64,000 nucleotides of DNA from Bacillota bacterium (lineage in GTDB: Bacteria > Bacillota > UBA994 > UBA5500). Location of the stretch: contig JBMNFB010000009.1 of the NCBI GenBank assembly GCA_050949085.1, positions 130,379-194,378 of the forward strand, written 5' to 3'. Of the stretch, positions 1 to 9,818 are shown piece by piece (position 1 is the first letter of the stretch; the number at the start of each line of letters is the position of its first letter). Under the pieces are notes generated by a model. That model worked only from the letters and a program-made list of their open reading frames with translations. It made no database searches and was not told where the DNA came from. The translations under genes were made by a program, and so were the position numbers.

Positions 1-957
1 CCGGATCAGCGCATCCTCGTCAAGGTTCTCCAGAGTTGCGACCACCGGAATCCGGCCGACAAACTCGGGGATCAGGCCATACTTCAGCAGGTCTACCGGC
101 TGGAGCTGTTTCAGAATCTCGCCGATCTCCATTTCCTGCCTGGCCTTGACGTCGGCACCGAAGCCCATCGTCTTCTGGCCAATCCTGTTCTGAATGATCT
201 TCTCCAGCCCGTCAAATGCCCCACCCAGGATAAAGAGCACGTTGGTGGTATCCATCTGGATAAACTCCTGATGGGGATGCTTGCGCCCACCCTGCGGCGG
301 GACACTGGCCGTGGTTCCCTCCAGAATCTTCAGCAGCGCCTGCTGGACACCCTCCCCCGACACGTCGCGGGTGATGGACGGATTATCTGAACGCCGGGCG
401 ATCTTGTCAATCTCGTCGATGTAGACGATGCCCTTCTCGGCCCGCTCGAGATCATAGTCAGCGGCCTGAATCAGCTTGAGCAGGATATTCTCCACATCCT
501 CGCCCACATAGCCGGCCTCAGTCAGTGAGGTGGCGTCGGCGATGGCAAACGGAACATTCAGCAGGCGGGCCAAGTTCTGCGCCAGATAGGTCTTGCCGAC
601 TCCGGTGGGACCGAGCAGAAGGATATTGCTCTTCTGCAGCTCGACATCGTCCTTCTTACTCCCACCAGAATAGATTCGCTTATAGTGATTATAGACAGCC
701 ACCGAGAGGATCTTCTTGGCGTTCTCCTGCCCGATCACCCACTGATCGAGAAACGCCTTGATCTCCTGGGGCTTGGGAATTTCCCTCAGGTCCAGCTCGG
801 CGTCATGCATAGTCTCCTCTTCGACGATCTCCATGCAGAGCTCGATACACTCATCACAGATATAGACGCCGGGCCCAGCTACCAGCTTGCGCACCTGCTC
901 CTGCGGCTTGCCGCAGAATGAGCACTTGACCACGTTCCTATCATCGAACTTGGACAT
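1..957 (-). CDS. clpX: ATP-dependent Clp protease ATP-binding subunit ClpX (C-terminus runs off the window start)
   Basis: Minus-strand translation from the ATG at 955-957 gives [41 protein letters not shown] (ClpX zinc-binding N-domain). Walker A GPTGVGKT and the Walker B/sensor region follow. A GGTGA ribosome-binding site sits upstream and the gene lies downstream of clpP. Confidence 0.9.
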   Translation of the reverse strand, partial: MSKFDDRNVVKCSFCGKPQEQVRKLVAGPGVYICDECIELCMEIVEEETMHDAELDLREIPKPQEIKAFLDQWVIGQENAKKILSVAVYNHYKRIYSGGSKKDDVELQKSNILLLGPTGVGKTYLAQNLARLLNVPFAIADATSLTEAGYVGEDVENILLKLIQAADYDLERAEKGIVYIDEIDKIARRSDNPSITRDVSGEGVQQALLKILEGTTASVPPQGGRKHPHQEFIQMDTTNVLFILGGAFDGLEKIIQNRIGQKTMGFGADVKARQEMEIGEILKQLQPVDLLKYGLIPEFVGRIPVVATLENLDEDALIR

Positions 958-977
958 GTTTCACCTGCTTTCTGAAC

Positions 978-1562
978 CTATTTACGGTGCACCAACACTT
1001 CGTCGACGATACCATACTCCTTGGCTGCCTCCGCGTTCATCCAGAAATCTCGGTCCACATCGCGCGCGATCCTTTCCAATGGCTGCTTGGTGTGCCGCTG
1101 GTAAATCCTATTCAGCTCATCCCGCATGCGCAGGATCTCCTTGGCCTGGATCTCGATATCTATCGCCTGGCCCTGCGTGCCACCCATGGGCTGATGAATC
1201 ATCACCCGGGCGTTAGGCAGGATCATCCGCTTCCCTTCAGTGCCGGCTGCCAACAGCAATGATCCCATGCTGGCCGCCAGGCCGACGCAGATGGTGCGCA
1301 CATCAGGCTTGATATACTGCATCGTGTCATAGATGGCCAATCCCGCGTCAATGGAACCGCCGGGACTGTTGATATAGATGCTGATATCTTTTTCGGGATC
1401 CTCCCCCTCCAGATGCAGCAGCTGTGCCACCACCAGATTGGCCACGTGATCATCAATCGCTGTGCCCAGCATGATGATGCGATCCTTCAATAGGCGCGAA
1501 TAAATATCGTAGCTACGTTCTCCGCGACTGGTCTGCTCAATGACAATCGGAATTAAGCTCAT
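978..1562 (-). CDS. clpP: ATP-dependent Clp protease proteolytic subunit ClpP
   Basis: 194-aa ORF whose full length matches ClpP ([21 protein letters not shown]..., Ser-His-Asp context). Sits between tig and clpX in the usual order. Confidence 0.92.
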   Translation of the reverse strand: MSLIPIVIEQTSRGERSYDIYSRLLKDRIIMLGTAIDDHVANLVVAQLLHLEGEDPEKDISIYINSPGGSIDAGLAIYDTMQYIKPDVRTICVGLAASMGSLLLAAGTEGKRMILPNARVMIHQPMGGTQGQAIDIEIQAKEILRMRDELNRIYQRHTKQPLERIARDVDRDFWMNAEAAKEYGIVDEVLVHRK

Positions 1563-1613
1563 CTAAATCCTCCTTTTCTTCTGGACTGGTAACGTCAAAG
1601 CCTCTCCCTGACT

Positions 1614-2963
1614 TTACTCAGCTTCTGACGCCTCTGGGTTGTTGGATTCATCCTCGGCTGCTTCGGTTTTCGGTTCCGTCAGTTGCGCCGAGTCAACCAG
1701 CATGTTGACCGTCTTCTCGACGACGATACTATTTCTGATCTCATCCAGGCTGCCCGCTGCCTCGAGGCTGTTGCGAAGTTCGGCCGGATCCTGCTGGTAG
1801 AGTTCAGCCATTTCCTGCAGCTTCTGCTCCAGTTCATCATCACTGGCCGAAACACCTTCAACCTCGGCTACCTTCGCCAACACGAGTCGCGTCTTCACCC
1901 TGTCGGCAGCCATATCGCGATAGTCAGCCTTGATTTTATCTAGCTGATTTTCAATATACTCACGAGCGAACTCAGGTGGGAATCCCTGACGAGCCAAATT
2001 GTAGCTTAACTCGCGGACCATTTCCTCCACTTCTCGCTCGACCATCACATCCGGCAGGTCCAGTTCGGCATTCGCCACAACCGCCTTCACCACCCGGGAC
2101 TCCAGGAGGTTGCGCTCCTGCTGCCTGGCAGCCTCTGCTAGTTTATTCTCCACGTCAGCCTGCAATTCCTCAAGCGTGGCGTGCTCGCTGATCTCCGCCG
2201 CGAAGTCATCGTCCAGATCCGGCACTACCCGGCGCTTGATGTCCTTGATCTTGATCTCGAAGACGGCCGCCTTGCCGGCCAGGTGCTCAGCGCGATAGTC
2301 CTCCGGGAAAGTCACGTTGATGGCAGTCTCGGCCTCGCGCGCCAGACCCACCAGCTGCTCCTCAAAACCGGGGATGAACGTGCCCGAACCGATCTGCAGG
2401 GTATAATCACTCGCCTGACCACCTTCGAAGGCTTCGCCGTCTACAGACCCAGCGTAGTCCAGGGTCACGTAGTCGCCTTCCTGCACTGTTTCCTCAGGCG
2501 AATCGACCAGGCGTGCATGCTGTTCCTGCAATTTCTCCAGCTCAGCCTGGACATCTGCGTCCGAAATGGGGAAAGAGGCTTTCTCCACCTCTACCCCCTT
2601 GTACTGGCCAAGTGTTACCTCGGGCGGAGTCGGCACGGTGAACCTGAAGACGGCAGGCTGCTCACTTTCAAACGTGACGACCTCGACCTCCGGTTGGTCG
2701 ATAGCCTCTACCTTGCTCTCCTCAAGAGCATACTCATAGGCCTTCGGCAAGAGGAAGTCGATGGCATCATCGTAGAATACTTCAACGCCGTAACGGGCCT
2801 CGATCAGCGCCCGCGGTGCCTTGCCTCTGCGAAAGCCAGGCATGACTATCTGCCTGACTACTTTCCGATAGGCATGCTCCAGGGCTTCGGCCACTTGCGC
2901 TGCATCGATCTCAACCTGCAACTGAACTTTGCTCTGTTCAAGGTTCTGAACTTCAACCTTCAT
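1614..2963 (-). CDS. tig: Trigger factor (peptidyl-prolyl isomerase chaperone)
   Basis: 449 aa. The N-terminal ribosome-binding region has GFRRGKAPR (trigger-factor signature GFRxGxxP). An FKBP-like middle domain and acidic C-terminal tail are present. Order is tig-clpP-clpX. Confidence 0.9.
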   Translation of the reverse strand: MKVEVQNLEQSKVQLQVEIDAAQVAEALEHAYRKVVRQIVMPGFRRGKAPRALIEARYGVEVFYDDAIDFLLPKAYEYALEESKVEAIDQPEVEVVTFESEQPAVFRFTVPTPPEVTLGQYKGVEVEKASFPISDADVQAELEKLQEQHARLVDSPEETVQEGDYVTLDYAGSVDGEAFEGGQASDYTLQIGSGTFIPGFEEQLVGLAREAETAINVTFPEDYRAEHLAGKAAVFEIKIKDIKRRVVPDLDDDFAAEISEHATLEELQADVENKLAEAARQQERNLLESRVVKAVVANAELDLPDVMVEREVEEMVRELSYNLARQGFPPEFAREYIENQLDKIKADYRDMAADRVKTRLVLAKVAEVEGVSASDDELEQKLQEMAELYQQDPAELRNSLEAAGSLDEIRNSIVVEKTVNMLVDSAQLTEPKTEAAEDESNNPEASEAE

Positions 2964-3208
2964 TCCTCTTCTTGTGCCTCCTCTTACTCACAGCTCCTGT
3001 TTTGGCGCAAATTCGCCGCACAGCCCCAACAGGCGCCGCTTTTGCCTGAATTTGACCAGTACATTATATCACAGAAAGGATAACATACAAATGAAGGCAC
3101 ACGAAGGGGGCGCCGTCGTCTCATCCTCTCGAGTATGCACATTCCTGTCTTCAGACAAACATATACAAAAAGGACCTGCTGCCGAGCAACAAGTCCTGCT
3201 GTTACAGA

Positions 3209-3283
3209 TGGAGCGGAAAACGAGATTCGAACTCGCGACCCCCGCCTTGGCAAGGCGGTGCTCTACCGCTGAGCTATTTCCGC
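3209..3283 (-). tRNA. tRNA-Gly (anticodon GCC), CCA encoded
   Basis: Reverse complement reads GCGGAAATAGCTCAGCGGTAGAGCACCGCCTTGCCAAGGCGGGGGTCGCGAGTTCGAATCTCGTTTTCCGCTCCA. It folds into a cloverleaf with anticodon loop TTGCCAA. Confidence 0.85.
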
Positions 3284-3347
3284 TTTCTAGGCTTATTTTA
3301 GTACGGCCCGTCCCGAAAGTCAAGCCGTTTCCGGCTGTAAAGATCAG

Positions 3348-3424
3348 TGGCGCGCCCGGCAGGATTCGAACCTGCGACCACCGGATTCGTAGTCCGTTAC
3401 TCTATCCAGCTGAGCTACGGGCGC
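3348..3424 (-). tRNA. tRNA-Arg (anticodon ACG), CCA encoded
   Basis: Reverse complement reads GCGCCCGTAGCTCAGCTGGATAGAGTAACGGACTACGAATCCGGTGGTCGCAGGTTCGAATCCTGCCGGGCGCGCCA. Anticodon loop is CTACGAA. Confidence 0.8.
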
Positions 3425-3456
3425 GAGTTAGGAATGGGACGTGTCGGAAATAGAAA

Positions 3457-3533
<77 letters not shown>

Positions 3534-3585
3534 ATCCGATTTAGCAAAGAAGAAAACGCGGTTACCCCGCGTATATGAGACAAAT

Positions 3586-3663
3586 TGGGGTGGATGATGG
3601 GACTCGAACCCACGACCCCCAGAGCCACAATCTGATGCTCTATCCAACTGAGCTACATCCACC
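3586..3663 (-). tRNA. tRNA-His (anticodon GTG) with encoded G-1 and CCA
   Basis: Reverse complement reads GGTGGATGTAGCTCAGTTGGATAGAGCATCAGATTGTGGCTCTGGGGGTCGTGGGTTCGAGTCCCATCATCCACCCCA. Anticodon loop TTGTGGC. The extra 5' G is typical of tRNA-His. Confidence 0.8.
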
Positions 3664-3744
3664 ATGTCGTCCTTTCAGACGCAAGACTCATTTTAGCACA
3701 TCTCTGGCCTCGCCGCAAGAGGTGCACCACGGTTTGGAAAGGAA

Positions 3745-3821
<77 letters not shown>

Positions 3822-3858
3822 AAGGAATGAGCACTGATCATTATAGCTCAGATCGCTG

Positions 3859-4476
3859 CTACTGACAACAGGTCGGCGGCGGATCACGACGGATCAGGTC
3901 AGCCATGCTGCGCAATGCTTTGGCGCGATGGCTGATTTGGTTCTTTGCCGCTGGAGCCAGCTCGGCCATGGTTTGCGAAAACTGGGGAAGGTAAAACAGC
4001 GGATCATAACCAAAGCCGTTGCTGCCGCGCTCGTGGGTCCAGATCAGGCCAAAGCAGCGGCCCTCTGTAAACAGCGTCTCCTGCCCTGGCCGAGCATAGG
4101 CCAGCGCGGCCGCAAAGTGCGCCTGCCGCCTGCTCAGCGGCACACCATCCAGCATCGCCAACAGCTTGGCGTTGTTGGCCGCGTCGCTGGCAGTGGCCCC
4201 CGGCTCAGCGAAGCGGGCCGAGCGCACGCCAGGCTGGCCGCCGAGATAGTGCACAACCAGGCCAGAGTCATCAGCCAGCACCGCCATACCCAACTGACGC
4301 GAAACAGTTTCCGCTTTAATGCGCGCGTTTTCGACGAAAGTCTCGCCGTCTTCCACGATATCTTCGATCTGCGGAAATGCACTCAGGGGCAAGATCTCGT
4401 AGCCCAGCGGGGAGAACATAGCTGCGAACTCCCGCACCTTGCCGGGGTTACGACTGGCGAGGATGATCTGCTGCAT
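3859..4476 (-). CDS. rdgB: dITP/XTP pyrophosphatase (RdgB/Ham1 family)
   Basis: 205 aa starting [17 protein letters not shown]..., with the FGYDPLFY motif of the Ham1 family. Lies immediately downstream of rph, as in Bacillus rph-ysnA. Confidence 0.85.
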   Translation of the reverse strand: MQQIILASRNPGKVREFAAMFSPLGYEILPLSAFPQIEDIVEDGETFVENARIKAETVSRQLGMAVLADDSGLVVHYLGGQPGVRSARFAEPGATASDAANNAKLLAMLDGVPLSRRQAHFAAALAYARPGQETLFTEGRCFGLIWTHERGSNGFGYDPLFYLPQFSQTMAELAPAAKNQISHRAKALRSMADLIRRDPPPTCCQ

Positions 4477-5227
4477 CCGGCTTCACTCCCACCAGCTCGG
4501 CGACCGGACCTAAAACCTCCCGCTGGAGCGCCATCAGCTGCCTGATGCCTGATTCAGCGAGATCCAGCAGGCAGTCAAGCTCTGCGCGGCTAAAGGTGGC
4601 TTCCTCTCCTGTCCCCTGCACTTCAACCAGACGTCCCTGACCAGTCATGACCACGTTCATATCCACATCGGTCGCTGCGTCCTCGGCGTAGTTGAGATCC
4701 AGCAGCGCCTCCCCCTGCTGGAGGCCAACGCTGACCGCTGCCAGGAAATCGTTCACCGGCAGGTAGGGGATGGCCTCTGCCACCACCAGTGTATGCAGCG
4801 CGTCGCAGAGTGCGACAAAGGCGCCGGTGATGCTGGCAGTACGCGTGCCACCATCGGCCTCGATGACATCACAATCCAGCCAGACGGTGCGTTCACCCAG
4901 GGCCTGCAGATCGACCACCGACCGAATCGCTCGACCGATCAAGCGCTGAATCTCATGGGTGCGGCCCCCGATCCTTCCCCGCGCCGACTCGCGCACATTG
5001 CGCGTAGCAGTCGCTCGCGGCAGCATGGCATACTCCGCCGTGACCCAGCCGCCGCCCGAGTTGCGGAGAAAAATCGGCACCTTGTCCTCCAGGGAAGCGG
5101 TACAGATCACCCGCGTCTTTCCCACCTCAATCAGCGCTGAACCTTCCGCCTGGCTGATGAAGCCCCGCTCAATCCTCACGGGTCGCAGTTCGTTGGGCAT
5201 CCGTCCATCAGTTCTTGTCTTCATCAT
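4448..5227 (-). CDS. rph: Ribonuclease PH
   Basis: RNase PH signature ([31 protein letters not shown]..., [15 protein letters not shown]). Likely start is MMKTR at 5227, preceded by GAGGAGGG. The longer ORF reaching 5308 probably over-extends. Confidence 0.85.
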   Translation of the reverse strand: MMKTRTDGRMPNELRPVRIERGFISQAEGSALIEVGKTRVICTASLEDKVPIFLRNSGGGWVTAEYAMLPRATATRNVRESARGRIGGRTHEIQRLIGRAIRSVVDLQALGERTVWLDCDVIEADGGTRTASITGAFVALCDALHTLVVAEAIPYLPVNDFLAAVSVGLQQGEALLDLNYAEDAATDVDMNVVMTGQGRLVEVQGTGEEATFSRAELDCLLDLAESGIRQLMALQREVLGPVAELVGVKPDAADHPRQS

Positions 5228-5410
5228 CGCGTGACCCTCCTCGGCAAGCTTGTCCCATTCTAGCATGACAGCAAGGTCGGCAGAGCCGACCTTACCATTT
5301 TTTCGCAAGCAATGCCCAGACTCATTTTACACTGAAACGGACAACTTGGGTAGGCGCCTGCCAATAGTATGCGCAGCCAGAGACGCCTCACCCCTGACTT
5401 GGCCGCAGGA

Positions 5411-6478
5411 TCAGATGATAAACGGGTTGACTACCGCCGGGCGCGTTACCGGCGTTGACAGGTCTGTCCCCTCGGGCAACGACGGCACCTGCCCGTTGAT
5501 GGTGATCCTGACCTGCGAGACCCCCGGCAGCTCGGTCAGAGTGAGCAGCAATGCTCCCACCAGCGCCTGCTCGGCGGCCCGGCCGCCCCCATAGCCGATC
5601 AGGCTGGGCGAGAAGTCGACGATGGCGGTTCCATCCTCGATCCGCACACTGCGCAGCTCAGTGTTGGCCGGCAGATCAGCCAGCAACCCGCTGATCGCCA
5701 ACGGCCCTTTGATCAACTCCAGCACTGCAGCTGCCGCCGGTTCGTTCGTGTTGGGGATGATCCGCGTGACCGGCACAAAGTAGATAAGGCCGCCGCTGGG
5801 GCCAACCGCCGAAAAGTAGAGATGCACCTTAGCGCCGACTGTCGGGTCGGTCACAGCCGGAGACACTTCCAGATTGAGATCTCGCTGCGCCCGCGAGACG
5901 GGATAGCTCATGGCCAGACCGCTGGGCAGTTCAGTCAGCGGGTGGCCGTTAACCCAGATCTCCACTTCATCGACGGTGGGAAACTCGGTCATGGTATAGA
6001 GGACCGAGTCGATAGCCAGACGCTCGTGGGTAGCGTTGCGGAACTGGAGAAATTCTGGGCTGAAATCGATGATGGCCAGCCCATCGCGAATCGTCATGCC
6101 GAGAAGCTTCGTGCCCTCCGGCAGCGGCAGACCGAAATCGGTACCACTCAGCGCTACCCGGTTTTCCGGCGAATCCACCAACCGCGCCAGCACTTCCTTG
6201 GCCACGCCCTCCACCGGCGGGATGCCCAGCAGATAAGGCACCAGGTAGCGCCCCTGGTAATCCAGCAGATAGACGGTGCGCAAGCGCACATCATCTCCCA
6301 CAGTGGGGATAACGCTGGGCACAAAGGATCCGGTTCGCACCAATGGATCCTCGCCGGCTGGTGGCTGCTCCTGTCCAGGCGGGTGGTTGGTCTGATCGGT
6401 GGGCCAGAGCAGGGAACAACCGGAAACTGAAAGCAGGAAACAGACGCTCAGAACGATCAACAGTAGCTTCCGCAGCAA
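5411..6478 (-). CDS. gerM: GerM-like sporulation/germination lipoprotein (two GerMN domains)
   Basis: Signal peptide with lipobox LLSVSGC. Two tandem GerMN-like domains. Lies next to murI/racE as in Bacillus (gerM-racE). Confidence 0.7.
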   Translation of the reverse strand: MLRKLLLIVLSVCFLLSVSGCSLLWPTDQTNHPPGQEQPPAGEDPLVRTGSFVPSVIPTVGDDVRLRTVYLLDYQGRYLVPYLLGIPPVEGVAKEVLARLVDSPENRVALSGTDFGLPLPEGTKLLGMTIRDGLAIIDFSPEFLQFRNATHERLAIDSVLYTMTEFPTVDEVEIWVNGHPLTELPSGLAMSYPVSRAQRDLNLEVSPAVTDPTVGAKVHLYFSAVGPSGGLIYFVPVTRIIPNTNEPAAAAVLELIKGPLAISGLLADLPANTELRSVRIEDGTAIVDFSPSLIGYGGGRAAEQALVGALLLTLTELPGVSQVRITINGQVPSLPEGTDLSTPVTRPAVVNPFII

Positions 6479-6571
6479 AGCAACCCCTCCTCACAGCTAG
6501 ATGAGCTTCCTTCTACCATGCCTAGTACAACCTATGCCTGGATGGGGAAGCGCATGCAAACGCGAGGAGGG

Positions 6572-7432
6572 CTATTTCGTCACCTGGAGTCTGCCGCCTG
6601 CCGACTCAAAGACGGCCGGCCGGGCAGTCACAGGATGGCCCAACAGGCGGGCGGCCCGCTGCTCAAACTGCGGCAGACTGCCGCTGACATAGAAGACCTG
6701 CTCAGCCGGACCGGTTCCAGGGTTCAGCAGATCCAGCCGGTGCAATAGGCGGCGCGCTTCAGCCACGACAGGCTGCGCCGGATCCACCAGTTGCACCGGA
6801 TACCCCAGGGCACTGGCGATCTGCCGGGAAGCAAACGGATAGTGAGTGCAACCGAGAACGACCGGATCAACCGCTGCCTGACGCAGGGGCTGGACACATT
6901 GCTCGACGGCTGCAACCAACCCGGCAGGATCGTCACCGGCCTCAATCAGCGAAGCCAGCTCCGGGCAGGCGCTGGTAACAATCCTGCCCTGCACTCCCGC
7001 CGCCCGAAACCTGGCCGCATATTTGCCGCTGCGCACCGTCGCCTCTGTCGCCAGGATACCGACCGCAGCCGGCTTCGCTTGCGCCAGCAGCTGAGCTGTC
7101 GGCTCGATCATCCCCAGAATGGGCAGCGAAAGGCAGCCCCGGGCCAGATGCAGCACCAAAGCCGAGGACGTATTGCAGGCCATGATCACCAGTTTGACGC
7201 TCTGCCGCTGCAGGAAATCCAGAATGGCAAAGACCAGCTGGCGCAACTCCTGAGGGGAACGTGGCCCGTAGGGCATGTGCAGAGTGTCTGCAAAGTAGAC
7301 GACATTCTCCCGCGGCAGTTGCGCCCGCAGCTCTCTCAGCACGCTGAGACCACCAACACCAGAATCAAACAGACCGATGGGATTATGACTGATCACGGGC
7401 AGATCGCCCCCTAACAAAGCACTGTATACCAT
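6572..7432 (-). CDS. murI: Glutamate racemase
   Basis: PIGLFDSGVGGLSVLRELRAQLP and the NTSSALVL motif of Asp/Glu racemases. Proposed start is the ATG at 7432 (MVYSALLGG...). The ORF stays open upstream to 7756 (see next feature). Confidence 0.8.
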   Translation of the reverse strand: MVYSALLGGDLPVISHNPIGLFDSGVGGLSVLRELRAQLPRENVVYFADTLHMPYGPRSPQELRQLVFAILDFLQRQSVKLVIMACNTSSALVLHLARGCLSLPILGMIEPTAQLLAQAKPAAVGILATEATVRSGKYAARFRAAGVQGRIVTSACPELASLIEAGDDPAGLVAAVEQCVQPLRQAAVDPVVLGCTHYPFASRQIASALGYPVQLVDPAQPVVAEARRLLHRLDLLNPGTGPAEQVFYVSGSLPQFEQRAARLLGHPVTARPAVFESAGGRLQVTK

Positions 7433-7756
7433 AGTATGCTGCCCAGCGACAAGAGGTATCTGAATGCACAAGAGAACGGCGTGCTGCGAGACGCTCCTGA
7501 CATCTGGCAGCACGCTGTTGCCAAAGGGATTCAACCTAAATCTGGATTTTGGCCCATCTCCCGCTGCGAAAGCGCCAGATGGCGAGGCTCCCCCGACCAT
7601 CGCCATATCGACAATCTGGGTGAGGGAAGTAAAGATCTGTTCCGCTATCACCGGCAGGGCCAGGGTGAAAATGGCGCTACGCAGCGGTTTCTGAGCCAAC
7701 GCTGAGGCAGGCAGGTCCGCAGACGGCTCCGGTGTGGAGGTTGCCTGTTCCGACAA
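7433..7756 (-). pseudogene. Fragment resembling the N-terminus of the MATE transporter gene, in frame with murI
   Basis: Residues 1-60 of ORF 6572..7756 are a diverged paralog of residues 1-60 of the MATE protein at 8054..9448. MSEQATSTPEPSADLPASALAQKPLRSAIFTLALPVIAEQIFTSLTQIVDMAMVGG aligns with MSEQTASAQNRPQNSLAATLAEKPLRAAILALALPVMAEQILATVTQVVDMAMVGR. The DNA shows about 70% identity over roughly 110 nt. Confidence 0.55.
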
Positions 7757-7974
7757 GAGAAAACCCTCCTCATGCTGACGGTTTCGTCAGGCGGTATTTA
7801 TATTATTCGGTTAATTCGCCAACCGGTGCCAGCGCTCCTTCCTGGATTTATCCGTTTTCCTGCCAGGAGGGGGTTGCCCTCTGCCAGAGTGAATACCCTT
7901 CTCGGCGCTGGGGATGCTGCCTCGCATGCGGCCGGGCGTCTGCCGTACCCCGGTAGCCTGCTGTCATCAAAGAG

Positions 7975-8013
7975 AACGGGACGGGGAAGCATGCTGCTCT
8001 TACCCCGTCCCGT
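7975..8013 (-). terminator. Hairpin terminator downstream of the MATE gene
   Basis: GGGACGGGG-(16 nt)-CCCCGTCCC stem immediately after the MATE stop codon. It shares the 13-mer AACGGGACGGGGA with the 374-bp repeat family. Confidence 0.5.
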
Positions 8014-8053
8014 CCGCAATGCAACTGCGAAATAGCGCCCCGCTTCCCCTAAC

Positions 8054-9448
8054 CTAGACCTTAATCGTGGCCCACTTGCCGCTGCGGAAACGCAGGAAGG
8101 CGACGCCGCCGCGGACTACCCAGTCCATCAGCTGGGCCAGCCAGGCGCCAGCCAGACTCCAGCCGAAGACGTTAATAAACAGCAGGGAGAGTCCCAGCCG
8201 TACAAACCAGACGCTCGCCGTGCTGACAAAGAGCATGAACCGGGTATCACCGGCACCGCGCAAGGCACCGGACATGATGAAGCTGGTGCCCATCGGGATC
8301 TGAGAGAAGGCCGCAATCCTCAGGCACTGGGAGCCATACATGATGACGTCAGGGTCATCAGTATAGATACGCATCAGCAGGCCCGGGATCAGGAAGAGGA
8401 GTACCCCCATCGCCCCCATCAGCGTGGCACCCAGCTTCCAGGCCTCCCTTCCCGCCTGGCTGGCGCGCTGCGGATTTTTCGCGCCCAGATTCTGTCCCAC
8501 CAGGGTGGTGGCAGCAGCAGAAAATCCGAACCCCGGCATGTAGGAGATCGACTCGGCATTGATCGTCACCTGGTGAGCGGCGTAAAGAACCGTCCCCAAC
8601 CCCGAAACGGTGCGTGCATAGAGTATCTGCCCAGAGCGAGTGATCAATTGCTCAACGGCCGCCGGCAAACCGATGTTAAGCATCCGCTTGATCAACGGCC
8701 AGTCAAAGCCGCGCCGCAGGTGCTCCTTCCGGATATGCAGGACGCGGCGGCCGCTGAAGACAATGTAGACAAAGGTCAGTCCGCCCACACTGCGCGCGAT
8801 GGTCGTCGCCAGGGCAGCGCCGGCCACGCCCATCCTGGGGAAGCCCAGGTTGCCGAAGATGAGCAACCAGTTGAGGATCGGGTTGAGGATATTGATCATC
8901 ATGTTAACCTTCATCGGCGTCCGCGTATCGCCCGCGCCGCGCAGGGAGCCGGTGATCATCATCGAGGAGAGCATGAAGAAGATGCCCGGCATCATGAAGC
9001 GCACATAGCGAACTGCCAGTTCCAGCACGTCAGTCTCTGGATTCATGATGTTGACCAGCTGAGGAGCGAAAAGAAAGCCGATCACGGCAATCAGGCCGGC
9101 GAAGATGGCGGCAATAAGCAGGGACTGGGTCAGAGTCCGGGATGCGTTGTCCGGTTCGCCGGCACCAATGAAGCGAGCGACCAGCGCAGTATTACCGACA
9201 GACACCGCTGAGAAAAGCGACATGGCCAGCATGAAAGGCTGCATGCTGACACCGACAGCCGCAATGGATTCGGCGCCGAGGCGTCCGACCATGGCCATAT
9301 CGACAACCTGTGTGACGGTGGCCAGGATCTGCTCCGCCATGACCGGCAGGGCCAGAGCGAGGATAGCAGCGCGCAGCGGCTTTTCCGCCAGGGTAGCCGC
9401 CAGGGAGTTCTGCGGGCGATTCTGTGCCGAAGCGGTCTGTTCTGACAA
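8054..9448 (-). CDS. MATE family efflux transporter (NorM/DinF-like)
   Basis: 464-aa polytopic membrane protein with MATE repeats (...GRLGAESIAAVGVSMQPF... and a second half ...MGTSFIMSGALRGAGDTRF...). Confidence 0.85.
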   Translation of the reverse strand: MSEQTASAQNRPQNSLAATLAEKPLRAAILALALPVMAEQILATVTQVVDMAMVGRLGAESIAAVGVSMQPFMLAMSLFSAVSVGNTALVARFIGAGEPDNASRTLTQSLLIAAIFAGLIAVIGFLFAPQLVNIMNPETDVLELAVRYVRFMMPGIFFMLSSMMITGSLRGAGDTRTPMKVNMMINILNPILNWLLIFGNLGFPRMGVAGAALATTIARSVGGLTFVYIVFSGRRVLHIRKEHLRRGFDWPLIKRMLNIGLPAAVEQLITRSGQILYARTVSGLGTVLYAAHQVTINAESISYMPGFGFSAAATTLVGQNLGAKNPQRASQAGREAWKLGATLMGAMGVLLFLIPGLLMRIYTDDPDVIMYGSQCLRIAAFSQIPMGTSFIMSGALRGAGDTRFMLFVSTASVWFVRLGLSLLFINVFGWSLAGAWLAQLMDWVVRGGVAFLRFRSGKWATIKV

Positions 9449-9588
9449 ATGTAAACCTCCTAACGTCTGGGGGAGTAATGGCGATAAACCTTTGCAAGTG
9501 AGACAATTCTACATACAAAGGCATTGTCCTGCCAGAGTTCTCCCGTTCAGCGTATGCCAGGAACAGTTGCCCCAGTCCTGCCGGATCG

Positions 9589-9618
9589 TTGACTGATCAG
9601 GCGCGGGTAGACTATACT
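9589..9618 (+). promoter_or_regulatory. Candidate sigma-A promoter for the TPP-riboswitch operon
   Basis: TTGACT, an 18-nt spacer, then TATACT, about 45 nt upstream of the riboswitch. Confidence 0.45.
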
Positions 9619-9663
9619 GTATTAAGGAGCTAGCGACGGCAGCTCGACTGACAAAACTGCATA

Positions 9664-9757
9664 TGCCACAGGGGAGGTCAATTGTTGATCTGAGAGGAAG
9701 CCAGGCTTCGACCCTTAAAACCTGATGCGGGTAATGCCGCCGTAGGGAGAGACTCTG
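9664..9757 (+). promoter_or_regulatory. TPP (thiamine pyrophosphate) riboswitch, THI element
   Basis: Contains GGGGAGG...CTGAGAGG...ACCC..AACCTGATGCGGGTAATGCCGCCGTAGGGAG. This matches the conserved THI-box core (CTGAGA / AACCTGATC-GGNTAATNCC-GCGTAGGGA). Confidence 0.85.
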
Positions 9758-9773
9758 TTTGATTTTGAGGGAA

Positions 9774-9803
9774 ACAGCCCCACCTTCCGGTGGGGCTGTT
9801 TTG
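9774..9803 (+). terminator. Intrinsic terminator (expression platform of the TPP riboswitch)
   Basis: ACAGCCCCACC-TTCC-GGTGGGGCTGT followed by TTTT, lying between the aptamer and the ribosome-binding site of the first gene. Confidence 0.75.
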
Positions 9804-9818
9804 CTGGGGGAGGTTGTT

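Noticed and set aside
2974-3453. 159-aa plus-strand ORF spanning the tRNA cluster, and the 84-89-aa minus-strand ORFs there
   Set aside because: They overlap five well-formed tRNA genes and have no ribosome-binding site or coding-like features. Spurious.
4448-5308. Longer 286-aa version of rph starting at 5308
   Set aside because: The conserved RNase PH N-terminus begins at the MMKTR at 5227, with a strong GAGGAGGG ribosome-binding site. The upstream extension has no ribosome-binding site and no homology.
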